A stretch of 64,000 bases of DNA from NCBI GenBank assembly GCA_965649295.1, contig CBFGKH010000004.1, forward strand, positions 64,001-128,000. The letters run 5' to 3'. Origin of the DNA: a candidate division WOR-3 bacterium. Lineage in GTDB: Bacteria; Hydrothermota; Tepidihabitantia; Tepidihabitantales; Tepidihabitantaceae. Both the position numbers and the translations under genes were made by a program. A model generated the notes under the pieces. The model had not been told where the DNA came from, ran no database searches, and saw only the letters and a program-made list of their open reading frames with translations. Of the stretch, positions 37,693-46,557 are shown piece by piece; position 1 is the first letter of the stretch; each line of letters begins with the position of its first letter.

Positions 37693-39183
37693 ATGAAACC
37701 CAAGACCAGGATTGTTCTGAGCTCCAATGAATGGGAGACTCGGGTCGCAATCATTGAGAATGACCGGCTGGTCGAGTTCTATATCGAACGGGAGGAGAAT
37801 CAGATTCTTGTCGGCCGCATCTACAAAGGCCGGGTCGAGAACGTCGTCAATGGCCTACGCGGTGCGTTTGTCAACATCGGACTGCGCAAGAATGGCTTCC
37901 TCCCGCTGGTCGAGATACCCGAATTCGACGAACTCAATGAAGAAGAAACCCCAACCAACGGCAAACAAGCCAAACCTGAGCCGCGGACAATTACCCTGCG
38001 CGAGGGCGAGGATATTCTGGTACAGGTGGTCAAGGATCCGTTCGCCGAGAAGGGTGCCCGCCTCACCTCGTTTGTCTCGATTCCCGGCCGCAACCTAGTT
38101 TACTTCCCCAATGCCCAGCGTATTGGCATCTCCCGTCGCATCCGCGAGCGCAAGGACCGCGCCCGGCTGCGCGACGCTGCTCGCCGGTTCAAGAGTCCCC
38201 ACGCCGGCCTGATAATCCGCACCGCGGCGGCCGAGGCCTCGTTCGAGGAACTGGCTACCGAATACCGCGCTCTCGAGCAGACTTGGGAACAGGTTCGCGC
38301 CAAGGCCGAGGCTGCCCGACCGCCAGCCGTGGTCTATGAGGAGCCGCCAATCGGGGTCAAGCTCGTTCGCGACCTGCTCAACGCCGATGTCGAGAAGATG
38401 ATAATTGACTCGGAGCCGCGCTATCAGGAAATCATGGACTACCTGGGCCGACTCGCGCCACATCTACGCAAGAAGATTGAACTCTATCGTGGCGAGGTGC
38501 CGTTGCTCGAACAGACCGGGGTTGAGGCCGAACTCGAACGGGTCTTTCAGAAACGCATCTGGCTCAAGGGCGGCGGCTTCATCACCATTGACCAGACCGA
38601 GGGCATGGTTGCGATTGACGTCAATACCGGCCGTTCCGCCAAAGAAGAAGATCCGGAGAAGCTCATCCTTGCCACCAATCTCGAAGCTGCGGCTGAGATT
38701 GCCTGTCAGATTCGGCTTCGCGACCTTGCTGGCCTGATTGTTATTGACTTCATTGACATGGAGGACCCAAAGAACACCGAGAAGGTCGTGGCCGAACTAC
38801 GGGCCCACCTTGCCAACGACCGGGCCAAGTCTGACTTCTCCAAGATTAGCCGGTTTGGTCTGCTGGAGATGACTCGCGAGCGCACTCGTCCTGGCATGAT
38901 GTACGCAATGCACGAGACCTGTCCGACCTGCAAGGGCTCGGGCCGAGTCCGATCACGCTCCGAGGTAGCAATGAAAATAGAACGCGGCATCATGGCCAAA
39001 CTGAACAAGATTCGCGGCCGACGCCTCCGTGTGCTCGCACCGCCGGCAATGGTTGACTTCCTGACTACTGAGTGGTACGACCGGCTGAGTGAGTTCGCCC
39101 GACGCTACGAACTTGCCATTGATATCAAGACCGACTACCAGCTGCCACCAACCGACTTCAAGCTCATGACCGAAGCAAGCTAG
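37693..39183 (+). CDS. rng: Rne/Rng family ribonuclease (RNase G-like)
   Basis: S1 domain IYKGRV..V..G..AFV.IG, IDVNTG, QIRLRDLAGLIVIDFIDM, CPTC.G.G. Confidence 0.95.
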   Translation: MKPKTRIVLSSNEWETRVAIIENDRLVEFYIEREENQILVGRIYKGRVENVVNGLRGAFVNIGLRKNGFLPLVEIPEFDELNEEETPTNGKQAKPEPRTITLREGEDILVQVVKDPFAEKGARLTSFVSIPGRNLVYFPNAQRIGISRRIRERKDRARLRDAARRFKSPHAGLIIRTAAAEASFEELATEYRALEQTWEQVRAKAEAARPPAVVYEEPPIGVKLVRDLLNADVEKMIIDSEPRYQEIMDYLGRLAPHLRKKIELYRGEVPLLEQTGVEAELERVFQKRIWLKGGGFITIDQTEGMVAIDVNTGRSAKEEDPEKLILATNLEAAAEIACQIRLRDLAGLIVIDFIDMEDPKNTEKVVAELRAHLANDRAKSDFSKISRFGLLEMTRERTRPGMMYAMHETCPTCKGSGRVRSRSEVAMKIERGIMAKLNKIRGRRLRVLAPPAMVDFLTTEWYDRLSEFARRYELAIDIKTDYQLPPTDFKLMTEAS

Positions 39184-39255
39184 GCATACTGACTATCGGA
39201 CAGTAACCGTCAAGAGTAACCGAGGGCCGAACTTTGTGTCTTGGTGTTTTGAGGA

Positions 39256-39477
39256 CTAACCCGGGACCTCTAGCACCTTTGCCCGACTACGCTGTCCGCT
39301 GACAATCTCGACCTGCGACTTGGGCACGTCCAGGAATCGGGCAACCGCCTCGACAACAGCCTTGTTCGCTTCGCCGGCGTGGGCCCGTGCATGCACTCGA
39401 ACGAGCAGTGAGCCGTCAGGTTGACGGCTCACTGCCTCAACAGACGCCCCGGGCTTGACCCTGACCCGGATGCGCAC
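39256..39477 (-). CDS. yggU: DUF167 (YggU/UPF0235) protein
   Basis: VRVKPGA, G.AN, VPKS.V.IVSG..SR.K. Confidence 0.9.
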   Translation of the reverse strand: MRIRVRVKPGASVEAVSRQPDGSLLVRVHARAHAGEANKAVVEAVARFLDVPKSQVEIVSGQRSRAKVLEVPG

Positions 39478-39480
39478 GTT

Positions 39481-41949
39481 CTAAAGCACTGTTGACCAGC
39501 CGGCGTGGGCCTTGTACCGGTCAAGCAGCTCGGCCCGTTTGCCAGCGTTCCAGCCGGACACCCGCGAGAAGTAGCCAGTGACGCGCGTGATGAAATCAAC
39601 TTCCGACGAGCCACAGTAGTGGCAAACCTCAACAAGGCCGCGGCTGGTCCGACCGCACTTAGTGCACGTCGTAAACTCCGGCGAGAATGCAACCTGGACA
39701 TTACGGGTGTGCCGGAAGGTCTTCACGACGAAGTTGGCGATTGCTTCCTTCGGTGGCCGCGAATCAGCAAGCCAAACATGAGTCAGGGCCCCGGCCTCAA
39801 TCATGTCGTGGAACTTGCCCTCACGATAGACTCGTTCGATTGGGTCAATCGGATGACTGACGTTGAGATAGGTCGAGTTCGTGTAGTAGGCCGATTCGTC
39901 CTCGATACTACCTTTGACAACCTGCCGTGCCTGGTCACCATAGTAGTCCAGGTCGAGCTTGGCCAGCCGGTAGGCGGTTGACTCAGCCGGCGTCTGCTCG
40001 ATTACGAGCCGCAGCCCGGTCTCCTGAGACAGCCGGCGGCATTCGAGATTGAGAAAAGCAAGGACCTTCAGCCCGAATCGGAACGCAGCCTCACTCTCGT
40101 GCAGTTCCTGACCAAGATGATACTGTACCAGCTCGTTCAGACCGAGCACACCGATGAGATAGGTGCAGCGCCCCAGCCGCAGATATGGCTCACCGTCACG
40201 CTCCATTGTTAGTAGAGCCAGTGGCCCTTCCTGCCCCAAGGCCAGCAATCGCTCAAGAAACGCCCGCTTCTGAACGTGCGCCCGGACCGCAAGCTCCAAG
40301 TCCCGACGCAACCTCGCAAACAGCTCAGCATCGTCGTGGTTTGCAACGTAGGCAGCCCGCGGCAGGTTGAGGGTGACGTTCTGCAGGGCTGAGTAGCGCA
40401 TCTTCCAAGGCGTCCGTGCATCAGCCAGGTCTGAACGGTCGAGCTTGAAGCTCAACCGGCAGCACTCGCTAATCTTGGCGGTATCGCCCCGGTCAAAGAC
40501 GAAGTAGGTATTACCCTTCTCTGCGGCAACGTCGCAGGCCTGATACAGAAAGTCCTGCCAGCCTTCGGTCTGGAAGAACCGCTCGGTCAGATGGAGCAGC
40601 GGCTTGGGGAAAAAGAACGGCCGTCCCGAAGCATCGCCCTCGCGGTACACATCGAATATCGCCCGCAAGAACCGCTGGGCCTCGGGCAGGTAGTCGCGAT
40701 ACTTCTTCCCGGTGTACTGGCCGCCCGGACCAATGGCATCAACGTCCTCGAAATGCTGGGGGATCTCCCAGTAGAGATTGATGTCAGAGAAAATCGCCTG
40801 CCCGCCGCGAGCCACGTTCTGCTGCGAATACTCAAACACCAGCATCTGCGCAAGCTGCCGCACATCACGGTCGGAAAGACCGACCAGGAATGGTGCGAAG
40901 AAGATGTTGACGGCGTCCCAGCCAATTGCCCCGGCAAAGTGCCCTTGGAGAGCCGCTGAGAACTTAACCATATGGGCAAGCAGTGTCTCCGGATGCTTGG
41001 CCGGTACTGCCATCGAGAGCGCGTTCGGCAACGACAAGCCAAACTTCTTGACATACTCCAACGACTGTCCCGAACAGTACGGCCGGTTCACAAACCCAAG
41101 GTCGTGCAGATGAATGTCGCCTGAAGTATGGGCATCGGCAATGTCCGGGTCAAAGACCGATGTCAGCGCAAACTGCTTCAGGGTCCACTCCGCAATCGTC
41201 ATGTTTGTCGCTTCGGGATTGTGCGGCACGTTCGCGTTCTCTTTGTTCTTGAAGAGCATTATCCGTTCGACATCATAAGCCGGCACTCCCAACCGAGTAT
41301 GACGCCGATAGTGCTCCTCCAGCCCGCGCTCAACCAGTTTGGCGTTGACCAGTTCGCGCACCAGACTCGAAGTGATGTGCTTGATACTGGAGTTGAAGAT
41401 TGTATCCTCAACCTCGGCCGCAATCTTCTCCGCCTCGGACCGCTCGAGGTCGGTCTCCCGCACCAGAGCGCTGATTATCCGATTCCGGTCCCACTGAAGT
41501 ATTGCGTCATCGGTAGTGCGGACAAATAGGGCAAAGTCAGTGGCCTCATGCTTGCCGGCAAGCACCTGTTTGATACCGTCCTTCGTGGCCTTGCGCCGCA
41601 GTCGGCTGCGCTGTTCACGATAGAGAATGAACGCCTTGGCGGTGCGAGCATGGCCTCGCTCGATTAGCACCTTCTCCACCGCATCCTGGATTTCTTCAAC
41701 CTTGGGAATGTGGTCACCGCGCTTTGCACGCAGATACCGACAGACTTCCTGCGCCAACTGCGCAGCCAAGGCCCGGTCTTCACCGCCGACTGCCCTTGCC
41801 GCCTTGAATATTGCGGTCGTTATCTTGTTGATGTCAAAAGGCACGAACTCTCCATTCCGCTTCTCGACCTGCCGGAATGGCCCAGTCCCGAGGTCCACTT
41901 CCTCGGAACTCTTGCCCTGCACCTGACCAGTATTAGGTCCCGGCACCAA
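39481..41949 (-). CDS. nrdD: Anaerobic (class III) ribonucleoside-triphosphate reductase with two ATP-cones
   Basis: NKENAN, GDIHLHDL, YC, CCRL finger loop, PAES, YYTNS, CxxC...CxxC, glycyl-radical RVTGY. Confidence 0.96.
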   Translation of the reverse strand: MVPGPNTGQVQGKSSEEVDLGTGPFRQVEKRNGEFVPFDINKITTAIFKAARAVGGEDRALAAQLAQEVCRYLRAKRGDHIPKVEEIQDAVEKVLIERGHARTAKAFILYREQRSRLRRKATKDGIKQVLAGKHEATDFALFVRTTDDAILQWDRNRIISALVRETDLERSEAEKIAAEVEDTIFNSSIKHITSSLVRELVNAKLVERGLEEHYRRHTRLGVPAYDVERIMLFKNKENANVPHNPEATNMTIAEWTLKQFALTSVFDPDIADAHTSGDIHLHDLGFVNRPYCSGQSLEYVKKFGLSLPNALSMAVPAKHPETLLAHMVKFSAALQGHFAGAIGWDAVNIFFAPFLVGLSDRDVRQLAQMLVFEYSQQNVARGGQAIFSDINLYWEIPQHFEDVDAIGPGGQYTGKKYRDYLPEAQRFLRAIFDVYREGDASGRPFFFPKPLLHLTERFFQTEGWQDFLYQACDVAAEKGNTYFVFDRGDTAKISECCRLSFKLDRSDLADARTPWKMRYSALQNVTLNLPRAAYVANHDDAELFARLRRDLELAVRAHVQKRAFLERLLALGQEGPLALLTMERDGEPYLRLGRCTYLIGVLGLNELVQYHLGQELHESEAAFRFGLKVLAFLNLECRRLSQETGLRLVIEQTPAESTAYRLAKLDLDYYGDQARQVVKGSIEDESAYYTNSTYLNVSHPIDPIERVYREGKFHDMIEAGALTHVWLADSRPPKEAIANFVVKTFRHTRNVQVAFSPEFTTCTKCGRTSRGLVEVCHYCGSSEVDFITRVTGYFSRVSGWNAGKRAELLDRYKAHAGWSTVL

Positions 41950-42403
41950 AGCCCCCTTTCGAAAGATTCTTCAGTTCCTCAACAAACTGCTCTGCGGTCT
42001 CGAACTTGCGATAGACCGACGCAAACCGAACGTAGGCAACCGGGTCCAGTACTCGAAGCTGAGCCAGCACCATCTCTCCCAGCTCGGCCGCTGATACCTC
42101 AACACGGTATTCCTCACCTAGCTTGGCTTCAACAGCATCAACCAGCCGCTCGATCGCCTCACGGCTGACCGGCCGCTTACGGCAGGCCAGAATCACCCCA
42201 CGCATCAGCTTGTCACGGTCATATGGCTCCCGGCTACCATCCCGCTTGACGACCATCAGCGATGCCCGCTCAACCGACTCATAAGTCGTGTATCGGTTGC
42301 CACATTTCGAGCACTCCCTGCGTCGCCGAACAGCCGAACCATCTCGCGCCGGTCGCGAGTCGAGAACCCTATCATCTTCGTTACCGCAGAAAGGACACTT
42401 CAT
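41933..42403 (-). CDS. nrdR: Transcriptional repressor NrdR
   Basis: MKCPFC, VLDSR, RRRREC..C..RYTTYE, ATP-cone, VAYVRFASVY. Confidence 0.98.
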   Translation of the reverse strand: MKCPFCGNEDDRVLDSRPARDGSAVRRRRECSKCGNRYTTYESVERASLMVVKRDGSREPYDRDKLMRGVILACRKRPVSREAIERLVDAVEAKLGEEYRVEVSAAELGEMVLAQLRVLDPVAYVRFASVYRKFETAEQFVEELKNLSKGGFGAGT

Positions 42404-42416
42404 CTAGTAGCTGGGC

Positions 42417-42444
42417 ATCATACACCGCTATGAGTAGTAGTCAA
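42417..42444 (-). promoter_or_regulatory. sigma70-type promoter of nrdR-nrdD
   Basis: TTGACT-16 nt-TATGAT on minus strand. Confidence 0.7.
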
Positions 42445-42572
42445 TATCAGCCTATCGTATCCCATTGATTTTATAATTGTTTGACAATATGAATCTTATT
42501 CGCCATCAGAATCGTATCGGTAGTTATGATATCTGTCCGCATCGAAATCGCCCCAATGACCGGTTCCGAGAT

Positions 42573-42593
42573 TTATCCACAACCTTATCCACA
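42573..42593 (+). promoter_or_regulatory. Two tandem perfect DnaA boxes
   Basis: TTATCCACA at 42573-42581 and 42585-42593. Confidence 0.8.
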
Positions 42594-42599
42594 GGTATG

Positions 42600-43562
42600 T
42601 CAACCTAATGTCAAGCTGCGACTAACGTGATCATAACCGTGGGCAACGAGTGGCTTGACGCCTTCTTCGCTCAGGACAAACACACCCCGACCTCTCAGAA
42701 TCTTGCCTATCGGTGTGACTTCTACGCCGGTTACCATTGCTGGCAGGCGGTGGCGCGAAGTAAACAGCAACTCGTAATCTTCACCCGCGGCCAGCGCAAA
42801 GCTGGTCAGGTCCTGTTGTCGTTCCTGACAGAACCGTCTTGTCGCTGGTGCTATCGGTAAGTGGGCCAGGTCGATATCAATTCGCACTCTGCTCAGTCTA
42901 GCCAGATGACGAACATCAGTGGCAAGGCCATCAGAAGTGTCAATCATCGCCCCAAGCTTCCCGCCTAACGCCCGCGCAACTCCCAGTCGTGGTAACGGAC
43001 ACAGATGCCTCCTTATCAACGGTGCGGCCCAATACGGCGGCTTGCCACCAAGAAGTAACATCCTGCCAGCTTCGGCCGCGCCGAGGCTGCCAGTAACATA
43101 GAGGGTCTCACCGGGCTTGGCGGCCGACCGCAACAACGGCCTCCTGGTTCTTCCAACAGCAGTCAGCGCCAGGGCCAGTCGGTCAGCAACGATGATATCA
43201 CCACCAGCCACCTCGCATCCCATCGCAGTACAGACCCGTTCGATGCCAGTGTACAACGCCCGCACATGGGTGCGTCCGGCTTCTCTCGGTAACGTCAACG
43301 CCACCAGTAGAATCGTTGGCCTGGCCCCCATTGCTACAACGTCAGATATTGCTGCACAGGTGCAACGCTCACCGATCTGTTGCCAGCTCATATACTCTCG
43401 ACTGAAGTGCACATCGTCCGCGTAGACGTCGGTCGTCATAACCAGCCCACCCGGCAGGACACATGCATCATCGCCAATCCCAACCAGTACGCTGCCACGC
43501 CGCCGTGTCGTTCGCTGAATCAGTTCGATAAGTTGTTGTTCGCCGTATTGCTGCTTGCGCAT
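42600..43562 (-). CDS. thiL: Thiamine-monophosphate kinase
   Basis: GE..LI, GIGDDA, HF, SDV.AMG, GGD, DTSDGL, GEDYELLFT, GYDH. Confidence 0.96.
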   Translation of the reverse strand: MRKQQYGEQQLIELIQRTTRRRGSVLVGIGDDACVLPGGLVMTTDVYADDVHFSREYMSWQQIGERCTCAAISDVVAMGARPTILLVALTLPREAGRTHVRALYTGIERVCTAMGCEVAGGDIIVADRLALALTAVGRTRRPLLRSAAKPGETLYVTGSLGAAEAGRMLLLGGKPPYWAAPLIRRHLCPLPRLGVARALGGKLGAMIDTSDGLATDVRHLARLSRVRIDIDLAHLPIAPATRRFCQERQQDLTSFALAAGEDYELLFTSRHRLPAMVTGVEVTPIGKILRGRGVFVLSEEGVKPLVAHGYDHVSRSLTLG

Positions 43563-43639
43563 TGGCCATCATACCGCTCCGGCTTCTCGCTGGCAATACC
43601 TGTCGCTTGACGAAGAATGCAGCAATCCTACAATGGCGT

Positions 43640-46555
43640 GTGTCTAGGCGTGGGAATGCGGTCTGCTTGCTGTTAGTCGCAACAGCACTTGCTCTGGCCG
43701 ACGCCAAGCAGCCAGCTCTTCAGAGCCCAGCAGCCCCGCTGTCACCCTACCCCGACACGGTCATCGCGACAATCGCCGTCGGCGGCGACCCAACCAGCGC
43801 TGTTAGCCTTCCCAGTGGTGATTTTCTCTACGTCGGCAACGAGACAGACAATCGGGTAACAGTTGTTCGACTTGCCGATCGAACAGTAATCGCTCGCATC
43901 AGTTGTGGAACTGCACCGTGGGAGGTGTGCTGCAAGCCAGACGGCTCAGCCGTCTATGTTTCGAACCTGAATAGCGCAAGCGTGTCAGTCATCAGAACCG
44001 CCGACAACCGAGTGATTGCAACCGTACCTGTCGGCTACGGCCCTTGTCTGGCAGATGTAACTCCGGATGGTAGTTTCCTCTATGTAACCAATAGCACTAG
44101 TAACACCGTGTCCGTGATCAGAACCGACAACAATCAGGTTATCGCCACAGTCCCGGTCGGCAGCAACCCAAGAAGCATAACCTGTCTGCCAGAGGGCGAC
44201 TACGTGTATGTCGGCAACCGCCAGAGCAACGACGTCTCGGTCATTCGCACGTCGGACAACACCGTGGTGTTGACAATACCGGTCAACGGCGGGGCTCATC
44301 GATTGCGGGCGACTCAAGATGGCCGCTATGTCTACGTGTCGCTCTACGGCCAGAATCGTTTGGACGTCATCAGCACTGCCAGCAACTCTGTCATTGGCAG
44401 CATCACCTTACCCGGCACCGGAGTCAGCATTTGTATGTTAACTGGCATCCCCTACGCAATGGTCTGCTGCCCGAACGCAAACCAAGTCGCGGCCATCAAC
44501 ACAGCTGACCATACCATCGTTGGGATTATACAAACCGGCTTAGCTCCATGGGGAATCACGGCTGATACCGCGTGCCGGTATGTTTATACTGCCAGCCGCC
44601 ATAGTCAAGACGTAACGGTTATCGCTCGCCGTGAGCTCCATGATGCAAGCACGTGCCAGGTCCTGGCACCTAGGGCCACGGTGATTGCCGGCTCAACAAT
44701 CACCCCCAAGGCGGTCATCGTCAACCGCGGAGCAACCAGCGAGACCGTACCCGTGACCATGGGCATCGGTTCAACGTATCATCACACGGTCACCCGTACG
44801 CTGCTGCCCGGTGCAACTGACACGGTCTTGTTTCCTACCTGGACTGCCGCACCGGTAGGTACCCTGCCAGTGACCTGCTTCACGAGCCTTGCTGGTGACA
44901 TGAGTCCAGCCAACGATACCATTCGCGATTCAGTGACAGTGGTAACGACATTGCCGCTTGACGTTGCGGTTGACACAATTCTCCTACCGCCAGCCAGAGT
45001 GGACTCCGGTAGCCAACTCGCACCTAAAGCAGTTGTAACCAACCTCGGCGAACTGGCTGCCGTCTTTCCAGTAACTATGCGAATCGGAGACGACTATGCC
45101 TGGTGGGTTAGTGAAACCCTTGCTGCCGGCGCCAGGGACACAGTTCTATTCCCGACCTGGACTGCCACCCGCGTTGGCACATTTCCGATAGTCTGCTATA
45201 CCTCACTTGTCGGCGATCAGAACCGCACCAATGACACTCTGCAAAGCGCTGTTATCGTCGAAACCAGCCCAGTGATTGATGTCGGCATCACCACCATCCT
45301 TGCGCCTGACTCAGTGGTCCAAGAGAGCGCAATAGTAGTTCCCAAGGCTATAGTCAGGAACTATGGCACACAATCGGCGGCCTTTCCAATCAGCTTTACT
45401 ATCGGCTCGGAGTACGCCGCGGCCATCAACGAAACACTTGCTGCCGGCGGTACCGATACTGTTACCTTTCCGGTCTGGAGACCGGCCACTATCGGCGCTC
45501 TGGCTCTCGCCTGCTATTCTGCACTCACAGGTGATCAGAATCCCACGAATGATACCGCCGCCGGTTCAGTCCGGGTCTTGGCCATGCCCCGGCACGATGT
45601 TGGGCCTGATTCATTGCTCTGGCCCAGCCTTGTCCGGCCTGGCGATACCGTCATTCCGCGTGTCCGTATCAGAAACTGGGGCAATCAACCCGAGCGCTAC
45701 TTCGACGTCACCTGTCGTATCGGCCTCGACTACCAAAGCACGAGAATTGTTCAAACTGTGCTACCCGCTGCTGGCACGGTCACTCAGGATTTCGAGCCCT
45801 GGATTGCCCGGCCAGGAACCCAGGCAGTGACAGCTATCACACTGCTCACCAATGACAATAACCCCAGCAATGACACTCTGGTCTGCTCGGTGCCAGTTCA
45901 GAACCAACCTCAACTGCAGGTCGAACCGAACCAATCTGACAGGATTCCCCCTGGCACCAGCCGTACCTACTGGTTCTGGGCAATGCTGGCAGGCGACTAC
46001 GGTGACACTGTTGAACTAGTCCGCCCCAGTGTACCAGCTGGCTGGTCTCTAGCGCTTTACGACTCAACCGGCACGCAACCCATCTCATCCCTCGGCTTTG
46101 TCCTACCCGGTCGCAAAACCTGGTTTGCTGCGACGGTCCAGCCTCCTAACGATCTTGGTGGCGAGACCAGCGGCCTTGGAACCATTCAGGTCACAATCAT
46201 CGGCCGTCTTCGGCGCGCACCAACAGTCAAGGACAGTGTGATCCTTGCTCTCACCCTCACTCCTCAACTCAGCGTCCACAATTTCCCCAACCCTTTCTGC
46301 TCCCAGACCACCTTTGTCATCGGCCTGCCCCAACCGGGCAGGCTAAGTCTCACCATTCATAACCGAACGGGCGAGACTATTGCCCGGCTCCTGGACAATG
46401 AACCAACCCTGGCCGGCATCCGTCGTCTCGACTGGCAACCGATCAACTCCTTGGGCCAGCGGTTGGCACCCGGCACCTACGATTACGTTCTCGATTACCG
46501 ACACGACGGCATTACCCAACGGGTACGCCGCAAACTGGTCGTGACTAGCGAGTAA
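43640..46555 (+). CDS. Secreted YVTN (YncE-like) beta-propeller + four CARDB-like Ig repeats + FlgD/T9SS-like C-terminal domain
   Basis: Signal peptide from GTG 43640; PDG..LYV.N..SN.VSVI repeats; four ~102-aa repeats ending GD..P.NDT; HNFPNPF...G.Y.Y...RKLVV CTD. Confidence 0.85.
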   Translation: MSRRGNAVCLLLVATALALADAKQPALQSPAAPLSPYPDTVIATIAVGGDPTSAVSLPSGDFLYVGNETDNRVTVVRLADRTVIARISCGTAPWEVCCKPDGSAVYVSNLNSASVSVIRTADNRVIATVPVGYGPCLADVTPDGSFLYVTNSTSNTVSVIRTDNNQVIATVPVGSNPRSITCLPEGDYVYVGNRQSNDVSVIRTSDNTVVLTIPVNGGAHRLRATQDGRYVYVSLYGQNRLDVISTASNSVIGSITLPGTGVSICMLTGIPYAMVCCPNANQVAAINTADHTIVGIIQTGLAPWGITADTACRYVYTASRHSQDVTVIARRELHDASTCQVLAPRATVIAGSTITPKAVIVNRGATSETVPVTMGIGSTYHHTVTRTLLPGATDTVLFPTWTAAPVGTLPVTCFTSLAGDMSPANDTIRDSVTVVTTLPLDVAVDTILLPPARVDSGSQLAPKAVVTNLGELAAVFPVTMRIGDDYAWWVSETLAAGARDTVLFPTWTATRVGTFPIVCYTSLVGDQNRTNDTLQSAVIVETSPVIDVGITTILAPDSVVQESAIVVPKAIVRNYGTQSAAFPISFTIGSEYAAAINETLAAGGTDTVTFPVWRPATIGALALACYSALTGDQNPTNDTAAGSVRVLAMPRHDVGPDSLLWPSLVRPGDTVIPRVRIRNWGNQPERYFDVTCRIGLDYQSTRIVQTVLPAAGTVTQDFEPWIARPGTQAVTAITLLTNDNNPSNDTLVCSVPVQNQPQLQVEPNQSDRIPPGTSRTYWFWAMLAGDYGDTVELVRPSVPAGWSLALYDSTGTQPISSLGFVLPGRKTWFAATVQPPNDLGGETSGLGTIQVTIIGRLRRAPTVKDSVILALTLTPQLSVHNFPNPFCSQTTFVIGLPQPGRLSLTIHNRTGETIARLLDNEPTLAGIRRLDWQPINSLGQRLAPGTYDYVLDYRHDGITQRVRRKLVVTSE

Positions 46556-46557
46556 CG

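Noticed and set aside
42440..42600. Confident oriC call
   Set aside because: Only two boxes, no clear DnaA-trios, no dnaA nearby and no evident skew switch; kept as a regulatory finding.
43750..45900. Repeated DNA segments suggesting an array or DGR template/variable repeats
   Set aside because: Explained by YVTN and CARDB protein repeats; no reverse transcriptase in the window.
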